The translations under genes were made by a program, and so were the position numbers. From the human T2T-CHM13v2.0 reference genome, Homo sapiens, in the NCBI RefSeq assembly GCF_009914755.1, contig NC_060930.1: a stretch of 64,000 nucleotides of DNA, one strand, 5' to 3'. The first letter of the stretch is position 1, and each line of letters starts with the position of its first letter. Under the pieces are notes generated by a model. The model was not told the origin of the DNA. It searched no databases and saw nothing but the letters and a program-made list of their open reading frames with translations. Shown one piece after another: positions 14,669-32,331 of this stretch.

Positions 14669-16525
14669 ATTGGTTTCTCATAGAAGTCAGATAATTGAAG
14701 TAAAAGTTAAATTGCTAATTGCCAAATTTCGCTCATTTCTACTTTTATTCTACTAGAGTATGATGTCTAGGATCCAGATCCTTTGGGATTTCATCTCAGG
14801 GAGAATATAAGCAGCATCAGTCTCAACAACTAGTAATAGAAAAACCTAAGGAAAAAGACAAAGATTATCATATTAACACCCCTCGGCCCCGCATGCACCT
14901 GTAACCTACGTGTCCTTTTTGATAACCCACCACTTCCAGAGTGGCTTCATTGTCAACCACCTGTGTCACCAGAGTAAATTCAAGTGTGTCCTTTCTTGAG
15001 GTTTCTGGACTGGATGTTGTCTTGTGTCCTTTCCCATGGGTGTGGTTTCCCTGGCAGTCAGTTCCTCAGTGACCACATTTAACAAATTGTAATAAATGCA
15101 GACTAGAACCATAATTCACAGTTTTGCAATACAAAGGAAAGATGAAAAACAACTGGAGGCTTAAAGTCCTGTGAGATACCCATTTTACCTTGCTTTAATT
15201 ACGGCAGCAGATGTAAATTTGATTTGCCCCAAGCCTAGGTGGTCTTTGGCTAGGGCTCATTCACCTCTGACACAGAGACCCCACATCTCCCTGACTTCTG
15301 TTGAAGAAGTACTGGGAAGGTCTTTGAATGGACCCTGAGCACACTTGACATTGGAAAAGGGAGAAATCTTTGACTAAGACCCTGTACTTTGAGCAGTTTT
15401 CAGTCCATCCATTCAGCTACAAATGTGGAAGCAAATATGCCAAGGTCCTTGAAAAGAATGTTGATGCTTGATTGCACGATGTTTCCCTTTAAAGTTTTGG
15501 CCTTGAGAACTTCAAAGTGATGACACTGTTCTTCCTGCCATGCCCGCTCTTAGCTCTGTGTGGTCAGTAAGCAGCGACTCTTATTTTTCTTTTATTTTTG
15601 GAAACTAAGTTGGAGTGAGGGCATAAACCCCCTCACTTGAATTGTTTTGGCTTAAGATGTATCTGAGATTTTAACTTTGTTATTTCCAGCTGCTTCCCTC
15701 ATTAAATTTAGGTCATTAATTTCATAAATCAGCATATGCCTTTTACTTTTATGTGCAAAGCCCAGGTGTTAAAGCTCGAGTAACTCTTTGTTTGGAATGG
15801 TGGGTTTCGTATCTGGCCCATCCCAAATGGGCTTATTGTGCCTCACAATATTTCTTTCCTTCCCTAAGTCCTTTGGTCCTTCATCTTTATCAAGGACTCA
15901 CAGTCTCTCTTGGGTATCCGATAAGAGTTTGTACGGTCAGTTTCGTACATCTTGCCTAATCTATTTTTGTCCAATATGATTGCTTGTTACTTAAAACTTT
16001 GGAATAACCTACATATATCACCTATATACCATGCTCCTGATTTTTTAAAAAGAGTTATTTCCTTAATCTAGTCAGTCCAATCAGCAGTGAAATTCTTTTT
16101 ATTTTTTTCTTAGAATGTCTCTCAGATGTCCCCATCTTCTCTCCACGGCTGCTGCCAACACCACAGTCTTTAACTTTTTTCAACTCTCCCATACCTCCTA
16201 ACTGCTCTCCTCAAATTCCAGACATTCTCCCTCTCTTTCAGCTTTTGCATAGTGCTGCCAGATTAGCCTCCCAAAGCAGCACTTCACATCATATCGTTTA
16301 ATTTCTTGCTTAAGAAGCTTGGTGACTTTTGCCCACTGTGGTGAATTCTACAGGCCTTTCTCTGTCTTTCAAGGCTCTTAACAATCTGGACCTATCCTGC
16401 CAGCCCTGACATATTGCTTTCCCAAATAAACGCTAATCCAACCAAGCTTCTGACATCATCTTTCAGAAAAAGCTCATCCTCATCTCTATTCTTGTCCTTA
16501 TGCTGATAACCTAAGTTGAAAGGCC

Positions 16526-16838
16526 TTTTTTGTCTTTTTCTTCTTTTTTTGAGACAGGATCTTCCTCTGTTGCCTAGGTTGGAGTGCAGTGGTTGGGATC
16601 TCAGCTCGCTGCAGCCTCTACCTCCCAGGTTCAAACCATCCTCCTCCCTCAGTCTCCCAAGTAGCTGGGACTACAGGCACAAGCCACCACGCCTGACTAA
16701 TTTTTGTAATTTTTTTTTTGTAGAAATGAGGTCTCACTGTGTTACCCAGGCTGGTCTCAAACTCCTAAGCTCAAGTGATCCTCCCACCTAGGCCTCCCAA
16801 AGTGCTGGGATTAAAGGCATGAGTCACCACACCTGGCC
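16526..16838 (-). mobile_element. AluJ inserted in L2-like sequence
   Basis: Antisense Alu with ctcctaagctcaagtgatcctccc (J diagnostic). Confidence 0.92.
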
Positions 16839-16989
16839 GGAAAGACCACCTTTGTCTTTTTTCTCTCCACCTCCTATCCGTCGTTCAAATTCTCATCTGC
16901 AGTCTCTCATGATCCCAGCCTTTGAGATGTTCTCCCTTTTCTAGAATTCCAGTTGCCCATGTGCTTTACACCATTTCTTTTTCCTGAAG

Positions 16990-17220
16990 TCACACTATAT
17001 TCCAGGTACTGTTTAGCACTAGAATCCTCAACTTAATCCTCACAATGATCTTATGAAAAGGTGTGACTGTGATCTTATTTTAGAGTTGAGAATCCTGATG
17101 CTCAGAGAGGTTAAGTAACTTGCCTACAGTGAAGCCGCCTCCATTAAGTGATAAAACCAGGATGCTCACCCAGGCAGACAGGCTTCAGAAACCTTGTTCT
17201 TAACCACTATGCCAAACTGC
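16990..17220 (-). mobile_element. MIR
   Basis: cttaatcctcacaatgatcttatga...gctcagagaggttaagtaacttgcc...ttcttaaccactatgc. Confidence 0.8.
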
Positions 17221-17670
17221 TTCTTTTTGTCCTATGTGACACTGTCATTGATTCCTTAGTCCTTCCCAGCCTGACTGTCAGCTCCTGAAGGGCAGGTGCC
17301 ATCTTCACTGCTTTATTTACATCCCATTGCCTCCGTGGAGCTTATTGCATAGGAAGGTCTTAGAATTTGCTGCATGTGGGTAGGGAACTTTCCTGTCTTT
17401 TTCACCTGTACTTCTTCAGCACCTAAACACACACACAGGGTCTGACACATAATAAGAGCTCAAAAATTATTAGCTCAGTAAATGACTAAGTGCATACATA
17501 TTTGATTTATTCACAGTTTGAAAAATATATGATCACATCAGTGCATCCTTTGCATATTTTTCATTCATATAAATGTGCATATCTGTATTTCCTGTGCAAG
17601 CATCTCCGGTGCCTCTGGGTCACTGCTGTTGATTAAGCTGGACACGTCTTTCTAGGCCATAAAATGGATG

Positions 17671-18354
<684 letters not shown>

Positions 18355-19957
18355 GGATGCTTTGTATCCTCAGCAAAGTTAATTGTTGCTTGTTCAATCT
18401 TACAGTTTCTACCCAGGGCACAGAGGGTCTCAGAGTACATCACTCCATTATAGCTGATGAAATTAAGCTACACCAGTTTACTCAAACTAATACGTTATTA
18501 TCAAAAAGAAGCACTTCTGTTATGCTTAGCAGCCTTAACAGTGCTTTTAAACTTGAGGTTTATGAGCACTTGCTTTTAGATACTAATCATTACAGGTAAG
18601 TAAAATGTTGTCATTAGTCCAACAAATCTTCAGAATTTAATTTTCAAAAAGGTTTCCTTTTCCTGGGAAAGCTCTTCTAAACTGGGGCAAGATATTATTT
18701 GTTTCATTCCCTGTACCTAAAACTACTTGGGCCTCCCTTTTTAATCCAGTATTGATTTAAATGTTTTTGATAAAAGACACCTCATTTAATTCTCTCTAAA
18801 TGTGATTAGAGAAAGTCAGGTTTCTGCAGAGCACAGTCTGTATTTAATTTATTTGCAAAGCCATATTGAGCACTGAGAATTTTAAGATTCAGTCAAAATA
18901 AATAATTTTACATTACGGCATCAGTTAACACCAAGTTTTCAAAGGGCTTTTCGCTTTAAAAAACTCAAAACACCTCATTAAGTCAACCGTCTTCCAAGAA
19001 TGTGCTATTCACCAAGATAGCCTTATTAGTCCCTTTTTGCAAGTGACAAAGCTGTGGCAAGAAACAATTAAACATCTTACCAGCGGCTCTTGGAATGGAG
19101 TCTTACTGGGTAGGCCCTTGACCTGTGAGCCTACCGTCATTGGCACAGTAGAATAGGAGGCTAGGAACAAGGCAGGAATGAAAACAATCAGAAGCAAGAA
19201 GCCAAATGGAAGAACAGGATTCGTCATCAAGGTCTTTTAACATGGGATCCCATGGAGTTGATAAAAGGAAAAAAAAATCATACGTCAATTAGTCATAATA
19301 TTTCAAGGCAGAAAAGAAACATAGAGGTTATCTCATCTCAGCCAGTCATTTGAGTTGTTACGGCTGGAGCAGGAGGGTTGGAAATGTCACACAGAGTTAA
19401 CTCCTGCTATCATGCTGCCAGCAAAGGCTGAGCCCTATGGGGTGTTTACCAGGAAAAGCGAATGTAGGAAATAAAATGTCAAGAAGAAATTTGTGAAGTA
19501 CAAGAATGTCTGAAAAGAGCGTATGTTAAGTTCTGAAACAAAATGATAAAACTCAGAAGTGACAGCTGTTACCTAAACTTTTCTAATGTGTTGTTCACCA
19601 ATCTACTTCTGAAGACAGCCTAGTGCAACCTCATTCCTTGTCCAGAAAAGGAGGACGTAGTCTTCAAGGTGACCAAATCACCATAGGAGACCCTATCGCC
19701 ACCACCCCCACATCACACAGTGTACACATGCATGTGTACAAACACACGATAACATCGATGCCAGTGGCTGAAATTTGACTTGTTCTTTTTTAAAAAAATT
19801 AAACTGTTCTTCCTGGGTTTTTTCCTTTAACTATAAATAAACCCGGTGGGTCTGGCATTTTGTTACCAACATCTTTTCAGGAACCTACCCATCTGCAACT
19901 GATTATTATATACATCATGTGCATAAATGTTTAGACTACTTATATTCAGATATGGTC

Positions 19958-21470
<1,513 letters not shown>

Positions 21471-21649
21471 AGTGGTGGGGAAGTCTGGTCTGCATTGGCC
21501 TGGTGAGGCATGCAGAGGTATGCGTGGGATTGTCACGTTCTCTTTCAGGATCACTTACCAAAGGAAGAGGTAGGTCCTCAGAACCTAAAGCGCAAGGAGA
21601 TTCCACATTACTCTTCTCTTAAAAAACAAATACTATTGAGCACATACCA

Positions 21650-22078
21650 TATACACAACCTAAAGGGCTTCTTCAAGATGCAGATACCAAGATGAGATTG
21701 GATGTGCAAGAGATTTATTGGGGGAAATGCCTGTGAAGGGAAAAGGAGGCAGGAAGAGCCATCAAACCCATAGTAGATCTGATTCCTATAAAGAACAGGG
21801 GAAGGACTATTGGGTAAGGAGAGCCTCAGAACACAGTGTAGTTTTAAGAAAGTTTCAGTCAGGCCAAGGGGAAGTTGTCAGCCAAAGTCATTCATCAGAG
21901 GAGTCCTGTGTGTTGCAGGAATGGGCCTGCCTTAGACAACTTGTCACACTAGTCACTGCCTGATATTAGCCTACGGGAAGCATGCCCTTGGCACAAATGA
22001 GGTGATAAAATCGAACAAAGCAGCTGGGACCATTGGTTACTTACTCTTCCAGCAATGGGAGAGATTCATGGCTGCCAC
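21650..22078. mobile_element. ERVL LTR fragment (LTR16/LTR33-like)
   Basis: cagataccaagatgagattggatgtgcaagagatttattgggggaaatgcctgtgaagg. Confidence 0.55.
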
Positions 22079-22084
22079 ATATGT

Positions 22085-22480
22085 AATATCTCATTTAATT
22101 CTTACAGCATCCCCCTAAGATTGGTATTATTATACCTGTTTTGCAGATGAGATGCCAAGGATTACAGAGGTTAAGTAACTTGCCTCAGTTCATACCACTA
22201 GTAAGTAATAGAGCCTGGATTTCAGCTAGTGGTATGTTAGAGCTGGCTCAGACTAATCGAGTCAATTTTTTATTTTTAGGAATTGCGCTAGTCAGTTGAC
22301 ACAAAGACAGTAGCTTGAAAATTTGGCCATATAGGAGTATTTACAGCATGGAAATCTGCATGTGCTACACATCAGTCCTTTGTTTGTTTGCTTGTTTCTG
22401 AAAAGATGGTTGTTAGGCATTTGCCGGTACACCACTGATTTGAAGCCAGGTCATCTGATGCTACAGCTGACTCTCCAACC
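22085..22480 (-). mobile_element. MIR interrupted by a hAT-Tip100-like element (about 22228-22437)
   Basis: MIR core (cagaggttaagtaacttgcc...gcctggattt), then tagtggtatgttag...tacaccactg, then MIR resumes (gatttgaagccaggtcatctgatgc). Confidence 0.6.
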
Positions 22481-24105
22481 TCTATGCTACAGACAATTGG
22501 CTTCATGATTCCCTGACACATTTCTGATGCAAAAAATTCCTGCAACCACCCTCCTCCTCGGAATCCCTGTGGAGAGCTTGCCATGCCCTGTATTTTGCTT
22601 TTCCCTGAATTGCCGTCATCATCATTTTTATGTCTCCCTACCTGGATAGAAAGTTCCTCAAGGACAGAGAGTGCAATCACTTTATGCTCCCTGTCTTTGC
22701 AGTGTCCTGCACACCACACTGCTCAGTAACTATTCACTGTTGAAGGTGATGCTGATTGATATACATCATCACCCTACTGGTGATTAAGGATTGGTAACAT
22801 CTACAAAATAATACAAAAGATTGTGCTTCATACAGATGTATCTTTCTGAATCTTACATTTTATAATGGCAGACACTATTGGAAAAATGTGTTTTAACCTC
22901 AAGATGACCATTTAAGAGAACTGTGACATCCATTACAGCCCAGGGATCTGGTTGATGTGCTTCCTGCCCACTCCCACCCACAAACCAGGAGATACATTAA
23001 TTACTTGCCTCCCTGGCCACTCTCAGTTTATTGGGAAATTGTTTATCCTCCCAGCTTGTCTAGAAAATAAAATATGCATGCTGCTTGGAAGCAGGGAGGT
23101 ATGCAGAAGCCTCCAGATCTCCAGACTCTTCTCTCACTGCGTCTTGGGGCCTGAGAGCTTAGCTCTGCAAAGAACAACCCAGGAAGGGTCAGGATGGACA
23201 GGGCACTGCAGTCTCTGCACCAAGTGGTGTGCCCTACATGGCCCTGAGACTTCAGAAGACTCGGGTCTTAGGCTCACTGCAGACTGTGTAACGTGAATAA
23301 CAAAAAAAAAATTTCTACTGCACATGAGTAAGCTGCAGAAGACTTTGTGCCTTGAAGCTTCCTTCCAGATGAAAAAGCGGGTCTCTCATGAAAAGAACGC
23401 TTGCCTTCAAGAAAAGCTCTTTAAAATCTTTTGACATGGCAAAAGAATCTGTAACTTGCCACTTGTACATCACTTCCAAAAATGTTTCTTCCTTCTTAAT
23501 TTATTTTAAAAATTTTGTTTCAGGACCCACCGTGTGACAGGCACATTTTCCACCATTTGGGAAACATCATTGAATAGAATGAGAATTCCTACTGCCATGA
23601 CACTAACACTGCAGTGACATCCGTAGCGCCAAAACTCTTGATCTTCTTCATCATGTGCTTTCATTCATCAGACGTGTATTCGTTCAGCCAAACAGACATG
23701 AGCATCTACTTTATGCCAAGCTCAGTGGTGAGGGCTACAGCTTCAAAAACAGAATATGGACTATGCTCTCGAGGAATTGTCTAAGGAGAGAGGCACACAC
23801 AGCTAGGGTTCTAACATCAGAGCTTTATCTAGGAGCACCACCAGAGGTGTGGGGAGCTCGTGTCTGTGAGGCTTCCTGGAGGAGGTGTTACCTCAGTTGA
23901 GTCTTGCAGGATGAGTACAAGGTCCAAGCAGAGAGGGTGTAATTTGAAATAGCTTGATACAGAGGAGGAACTAAAGGCAGTGAAGGGTGCTGGGGTATAA
24001 AGTTTGAGGCAGGAGGTAGCAAGAACTGAAACTTGACATTGAACAGTTAGGCAGAGCCTGCATCATGCATCAATTACCTGGTTTACTCCCTTTATTCAAA
24101 AAACA

Positions 24106-24408
24106 GGCTGGGTGCGGTGGCTCATGCCTGTAAGTCCAGCACTTTGGGAGGTCAAAGCGGGTGAATCACTTGAGGCCAGGAGTTTGAGACCAGCCTGGCT
24201 AACATGACGAAACCCTGACTCTACTAAAAATACAAAAGGTAGCCCAGCATGGTGGCGTGTGCCTGTAGTCCCAGCTACTCAGGAGGCTGAGGCACAAGAA
24301 TTGCTTGAACTTGGGAGGTGGAGGTTGCAGTTAGCCAAGATCACATTACTGGACTCCAGCCTGGGTGACAGAGAAAGACCCTGTCTCAAAAAAAAAAAAA
24401 AAAAAAAA
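24106..24408 (+). mobile_element. Alu (AluS-type)
   Basis: Full dimeric Alu with a long A tail. Confidence 0.93.
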
Positions 24409-26966
24409 GCAAAAAACAACAATAGCAACACCTATAACCACAATTAACTTTCTTTCTTGTGTTCTCCGAAAGATTGGCAGGAAGGCAGATGAGGATGTTT
24501 CCCTGGTCTCTAATCTGAAGCTGTAGATTCCTACAACATGTAATACTGTCCCACCCTCCCCACCTCTTCCCAACCAAATGCCAATCCACTCCGCTTCATC
24601 ATTTCCAAGTCCACCCTTCAAAGTAGACTTCGCCTATTCCCAAGGATGCAGTTCCATCTCTCCTTCTCCTCCTTGTCCTCTGCTCCTGTTAATTCACTGA
24701 TCCACTGGGCAGAAACTCCAAGTCTGTCACTCTCTCCCACCCTTATTCCAATGCTCCTGTGCCAACAAGGAGTGACCCAAGCAGTGAGCTTTACAGCCAG
24801 CACCTGCTCCTTCTGGAATGGCCCTTCTCAGAAATGCAGGAACCTCAGCAGTCCTTCCTCAGCCAATAAGAATGAGATAATAGAGGTTCAAAGGCTTTGA
24901 AAACACAAGAGGCACATAATTCAGTGTTTTTGTTATTATCATTTGAGGCCTCTAGACTTCTGAAGAAGCTACTTCTGGTCTGTGAGAACTTCATGAAGGT
25001 GGAATTACTTGACTTCAGTAAAGGCCCCCCCCCACCCCCCGCAAATGAAAACCTTGATTAAAAAGTTTAAAAATTCAAAAGGAATGGTGAAGATAGGGAA
25101 GGACTGAGAATGAATTATTAAGAGGTTGGAAATTTCAGAGCCTTCCTTTTTGAAGAAGCTGGCTGAGTTCCAAAAGAAATCCAAGTCCTGAATTTCTATT
25201 ACTTCTAACAAACTGCATTAGCATGTTACCAACACTTATAAACTGACTTAAAAGAAGACTAGGGCATTAAATTAAAAAGTAAGCCATGAGACTATTACCA
25301 AAATAAAAGGAAAGCAAGAGGGATTTGCCTTTGTCCTTGTTCAGAGAAACTGAAAACAAACTTGGATTGCATTAACAGAAGTATCTGTTCTACCAACTGC
25401 AAAAGTGCCAAAGGAGATCATATAGGTCCCCAACTCTGTCATGAGTCCTTCCAGGTGAACAGAGACCTTGTTAAATTAAGGCAATCACATTCAGCCTCCC
25501 AAGAAGGGAGCCTATAAAACTGAGAAGCCAAAGCTAATCCAGTCCTTTCCCATTCTAATTAAAGAGGCTGAAGGGCTTGTCTCACCTAACACTGTCTCAT
25601 CTTCATGCCACTTCCTCAAATAAAGGAGTCAGTGAGAAGTTACCAATTCACATGGTAAATAACAAACTCTCCTGAGTTTTTTGGATAATCAAATGAGTTT
25701 TCCTTTGTTCATTCCATCCCTCCCCATTTGGAATTTAGATGGAAGAATGTCTAAGTCGATGAAAATCCAACTAAAGAAACATTGGCCTCTTTGTGGAGGA
25801 ATCTCACATTTAAGTACAAAAAAAATTAAGCGTTTAGGGGAAGAAAGTTCAAAGACTTTTGCTTCCTTTGTTCTTTTAAATATTTTATTTGGAGTTCGGC
25901 ATTACAGTCAGGACAACCTACAGTAAGAAAACCAGGCTTTCGTATAAAAGTTACTGAAAGGTGCTATACACCAACATACTTTTATATCTACCATATTTTT
26001 ATATTCTTTATATCTTTCATTTTAAAATATTTATTTGGTGTGGCAGGTTTATGGTAGCTTTTTATCGTCCTCTTTTTGCTTGGCCATATTTTATATAATA
26101 AACAGGAACTGGTTTTATAATAGAAGTATTTGAAGACAAAGAATAAGATTTGATGCCATGAGATCTTTCTTTCTTTTAAATCCAAATAGTTAAGCAGATC
26201 AACCTATGAAGAGCGAGAAGCCAAAGGAGATGTTTCATGATAAGGTAACTAGATGGTATTTTTCCATTAGCTGCTTGACCTCTTTCACGTGACACCAGTG
26301 TGTTTTCCTGGATAAAATTACAATCCCAGATATTCAGACGTTCAGATTCATATTTTCCATCTTAGCCCACGAAAGCTTTACTTTGGGGATTTTGCAGAAA
26401 ATTCTGGCTTGTGTTTCAGTCATTTGCCTTTTCTCTGTGGAAGCCAGCAGGAAACAGTAGCAGATCCTGACAATCCCCAGACGTCCCAGGGAAAGTGCAA
26501 AGAGGCTCGGCATTAATTGATTAAGAGGTTCTTTCAAAGCGCAACTTCTCTCTAAAACTACTCACTTTAAATCATGAGACTAGCTGCAAACTGCAATATT
26601 TATAAGAGACATAAATATTGAAGAACACAGTGACACTCTCCTAGGAGCAGGAACTAGAAGTGGAAAGAGCAGTGTTCCACGTAGACTCAGTAAGACTTGG
26701 AAGCTGATCGTATCTATTCATTCACTCAAGAAAATATTGGCTAAGCGTCTCCTGTGGGCTGGCACTCTCCTAAGCCCTGGAACAGGAGTGAACAAGGGAG
26801 ACAAAGCCCCACCTGTCATGGAGCTGACATCCTAGTGAGGTGAGGCAGGTAGTAAACAGACAGATAATTAATATATATCAGGTGGTGACCGAAAGCTAAG
26901 AAAAATAAGAGGACAATGAGTAACTGCGGATGCTATTTATGTCAAGAATCAAAAGTTTGTTCTGAG

Positions 26967-27685
26967 GCAGGTGTTCTCTATATGGGGTCCACAGATCCCC
27001 ACAAAAAGTTCACGGGTAAATTACAGAGGATCTCTGAATGATAGTGGCAAAAAATACATCATAGTTTTACCAACTTAAAGTTTGCAAATGTTCGTTTTTG
27101 AATGTAGGCAACAAACAGTGGCAATATTAACAGTACCTGTCATGCCACCAATAGAACTCATAAATTTTTTTTAATTTTTATTTTTATTATTATACTTTAA
27201 GTTCTAGGGTACATGTGCACAATGTGCAGGTTTGTTACATATGTATACATGTGCCATGTTGGTGTGCTGCACCCGTTAACTCATCATTTACATTAGGTAT
27301 ATCTCCTAATGCTATCCCTCCCCCCTCCCCCCACCCCACGACAGGCCCCGGTGTGTGATGTTCCCCACCCTGTGTCCAAGTGTTCTCATTGTTCAATTCC
27401 CACCTATAGAATTCATAGATATTTTATATCAACTGTTACTGGAGATGTCTCAATCATTCATACTAACATAATTCTTGGATCAATGTCATGGTAGATATTA
27501 GACCCATTGAGAAATCTTGTCATTCAATACATTGAACAAGCATATATGTTACTTATCACAACTTTGTAGTATTTTGATAAATAATTCAATGGATTAGGTC
27601 TCCTTTATAATCCTGTTTATTATATACATTTAAGCATATTGCCCTGAAAAGTGAATCCTTAGACTACATCAAACTGCTAGGAGGT
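26967..27685. mobile_element. hAT-Charlie (Charlie4a-like) relic interrupted by an L1PA
   Basis: ggggtccacaga...atgtaggcaacaaac...cagtacctgt...caccaatagaa[L1]...cctttataatcctgttt. Confidence 0.6.
27165..27407 (-). mobile_element. L1PA (roughly PA3-5) 3' end, ~240 bp
   Basis: ttattatactttaagttctagggtacatgtgcacaatgtgcagg...cccacctat; TSD atagaa(c/t)tcata. Confidence 0.93.
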
Positions 27686-28358
27686 CAGTAGCAGAAGTGC
27701 TTTATGCAAACTTCCCATACTTCTTCACACAATATTAAAAATATGAGTACTCAGGGGTTGACGTTTAGAACAATAAATAATTTTTACTGCTCCATCAAGA
27801 ACATCCTTAAGATAAACTGGTGTTTTTATTGTCGTGAGTATGGTGGTGAAGAATACCATGACCTGTGGAACAGTTTGGTCCACCGTCTGCATTCTTGTGA
27901 ATGAGCCACCTGTTTATGATCATAGCCTTGCTCCATCCACACAAATGTCAACACCATCAACAGGCAAAGAACACCTTAGGATTCTTATGAAAACCAGTTG
28001 GTTCTTGTGGACCCCTTAAAGAGTTTTAGAGTCCCGAGGCCGATCGCGGTGGCTCACGCCTGTAATCCCAGCACTTTGAGAGGCCGAGGCGGGCAGATCA
28101 CGAGGTCAGGAGATCGAGACCATCCTGGCCAACACGGTGAAACCCCGTCTCTACTAAAAATACAAAAAAAATTAGCCGGGCGTTGAGGCAGGAGAATGGG
28201 GTGAACCCGAGGGGCGGAGCTTGCAGTGAGCCGAGATCGCGCCACTGCACTCCAGCCTGGGCGAGAGAGTGAGATTACGTCTCAAAACAAAAAACAAAAA
28301 ACAAAAACAGTTTTAGAGTCCTGCCGGGGGTCTGTGGACCTCACTTTGAGAACCACTG
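27686..28358. mobile_element. Charlie1a-like hAT terminal fragment interrupted by an AluY
   Basis: agtgctttatgcaaacttcccat...taatttttactgctccatcaagaacatccttaag...cactttgagaaccactg terminus. Confidence 0.75.
28038..28308 (+). mobile_element. AluY with an internal right-arm deletion
   Basis: CpG-rich AluY; TSD agttttagagtcc(c/t)g; ttagccgggcgt joined directly to tgaggcaggag. Confidence 0.93.
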
Positions 28359-28647
28359 TGCTAGATTAAATGGCAAATACAGATTCCTTTAAGCATTTGG
28401 ACCACCCAGAGGACTCTATTTGCATGAAAACTTGGTTGTGGTTGTAGTTTTGCTGTCCAACTCTCTGAAATTGAAGTTTTAACCAAGCGTTTAAGGTAGA
28501 ATTTTAAAAATCTCAGTAGAAAATAATCTTCTGTTGACTTTTCTTCATGGCCCCAGAGACCTAGCATGAGAATACAGGTCAGGAAATACATTTTACAGCA
28601 GGAGCATATGGATGGCCCCTGCTCAAGGAAAGAAATAACCAATACTT

Positions 28648-28830
28648 GAGGGAATCTTAACCTCTTTTGTGTCATGAACCTCTTTAGCAGTCTAGTGAAG
28701 TCTACAGACCTCTTCTCAGAATGTTTTTAAATGCATATCATAAAATACTTAGGATTACAAAGAAAACAAATTATACTGAAATACATTTCTATCCACAGAC
28801 CCCTTTGGGCGGCTCAGCATTCAAGGCTAA
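28648..28830. mobile_element. Short hAT-Charlie (Charlie4z-like) relic
   Basis: cttaacctcttttgtgtcatgaacctctttagcagtctagtgaagtctacagacctcttctcagaatgtttttaaatgcat. Confidence 0.6.
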
Positions 28831-29369
28831 TAACCACTTGCTTCCTTCAATCCCAACTGGCAAGGAGGAGCACCAAAGGAGGTGACATTTGTTTCTTAGT
28901 GCATTTGTTTCTAGGTCAGTTAACATCTTAAATGCCCAAATTCTGAATGTCAGTAAGTTCGATTTCTACGTCTAAACAAGGCCAGGGCAAGAAAGTGGAA
29001 TAAGAAGAATGAGTTTCTCCTGAGCCTTCCATCAGACCTAGTGGCACAGGTCATCAGCTAAATACACAATCTTCCTAAAGGAGGGTGACCCTGGGCTGGG
29101 GGCCAGGAAGATCTTGGGCACCATCTGCATAATAGTCTAGTACCGTTGAGAATTCTCCAGTGGGAGTTTCCAAAAGTTTGGTTACTCTTTTTGAAAAAAA
29201 AAAAAATTGTTTTATATTGAAACTTTATTTTTCTCTGTTTTTTAAACCAAACTAGCATCCTTAGACTTATTATACTTGGAGAAACTGTCTAGAACTTAGT
29301 GCTAAAAGTTAAGGATAAAAGAATTTAGAGACTTGTGTGACTTACTAAAGGATAAAACCAATAACAAGC

Positions 29370-30165
<796 letters not shown>

Positions 30166-30767
30166 TAATGAAAAACAATTTATTCACTTTAATAGGAGAA
30201 AATGTTGGTTCTGATAGTGGAAAACTGCTGATAATCCAAAGAGCCTCTCTGTTTAATCTTAGAATTAATGAAAGTATTCTAGCATCATGGTCTCCTCTGA
30301 TTGTGTTTTTTGGGGGACTAATATTGAAGTGAGTTCTTATTCTCTGATTCAAGGGTAAGGAGGTCAGTTGGTCACTTGAAACTATTCCAAGACTGGGAAG
30401 ACAACCTGTGATTTTAAATTTGCCACAAATAATCCACCAGGCGGATATTCACCTCTTCGCTAGTCAAGAGTTTCACTGTGGTCTTTACAGTCCTACTTTG
30501 TTTCCTCATAAAGGAAAGCACACTCTCTAAGACCCCACAGCTTTTCTTTCTGTCCCCACCACCAGGCTCTTTTCCTTTTTCCCGTTTTCCTTGCCCTGCT
30601 CACTGCAGTTTCTCTTTCAGGGCCAAGATGAATCCTCAAGTCCTTGCATTTCCAGGACCACTTCATCCAATGTTGCTGAACCCTTCATAGCCCTTAATCT
30701 ATAGATTCAAAACTCAAAGTGCCTGTTCACCCCTTACCTCTGCAGAATGCTATCTTGTAGTCTGTAA

Positions 30768-31131
<364 letters not shown>

Positions 31132-31935
31132 TCGGTCCTGTTCTTATTTTAGAGGTAAGAAACCTGATGCTCAAAAAGATGGAGTGCTTCACCCATTGTG
31201 ACTCAGCAGCTAGCACAGAAGCAAGACCCAAACCCAGATCATCTGATGGCTAAGCCAGGGTTTTCTTCTCTATTTCACAGATATCTTCTGTGTTCTAGTC
31301 GCATTACAAACTCTACTTGTTCCTTATCTACTAGCATTATTCTTGCCAGAAACATAGTACAGCAGGTTATAAAATCTTATTTTGAAGTGGCTATGACTAA
31401 AGACAGTGGGGCATAAACCAGTTACCTGTGGGTCACATGTGACTTGCCGATGTGTTTTGTTTCATATATGGGTTTTGTTGTTGTTTGTAGTACCAACATT
31501 TAAGAATTGAGAGATCTCACACAAAGATCCAAATTCAAATTTCTAGCTTCTCTTGACAGGTGAGAATATTGGGCAACCCTGGGACAAATTTTGTGTGGCA
31601 GAGACTGGCTGGAGCTGAACAGCATCTGCCCCCTGGAGACAGGGCGTGTGCATTCCTAGTTTGCCCTGCGTTTCTCCACCCCTCAGTATCTGCAGGCACA
31701 GGGCCCTATTCATGCATTCACATGACCTGGCAGGCACCTGTGGGCATTGGTAATTGCTGTCCCAGCTCTGGAGCCTGTATTCAGCAGGGGGTGGGGGCAG
31801 AGTGGGGACAGACTGCACACAACACAGTGCCCAGCAGATGTTGGGAACCCAGTAAGAGCAGCGTTGAAGGATGCTACATTCACTGAGTGTTATACCTTGA
31901 GTGTTGAAAGTGCTGAGATTGCCATAGAGAATTGA

Positions 31936-32331
<396 letters not shown>

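Noticed and set aside
19721-19740. 20-bp perfect palindrome tgtacacatgcatgtgtaca
   Set aside because: Low-complexity alternating purine-pyrimidine sequence, where palindromes arise readily.
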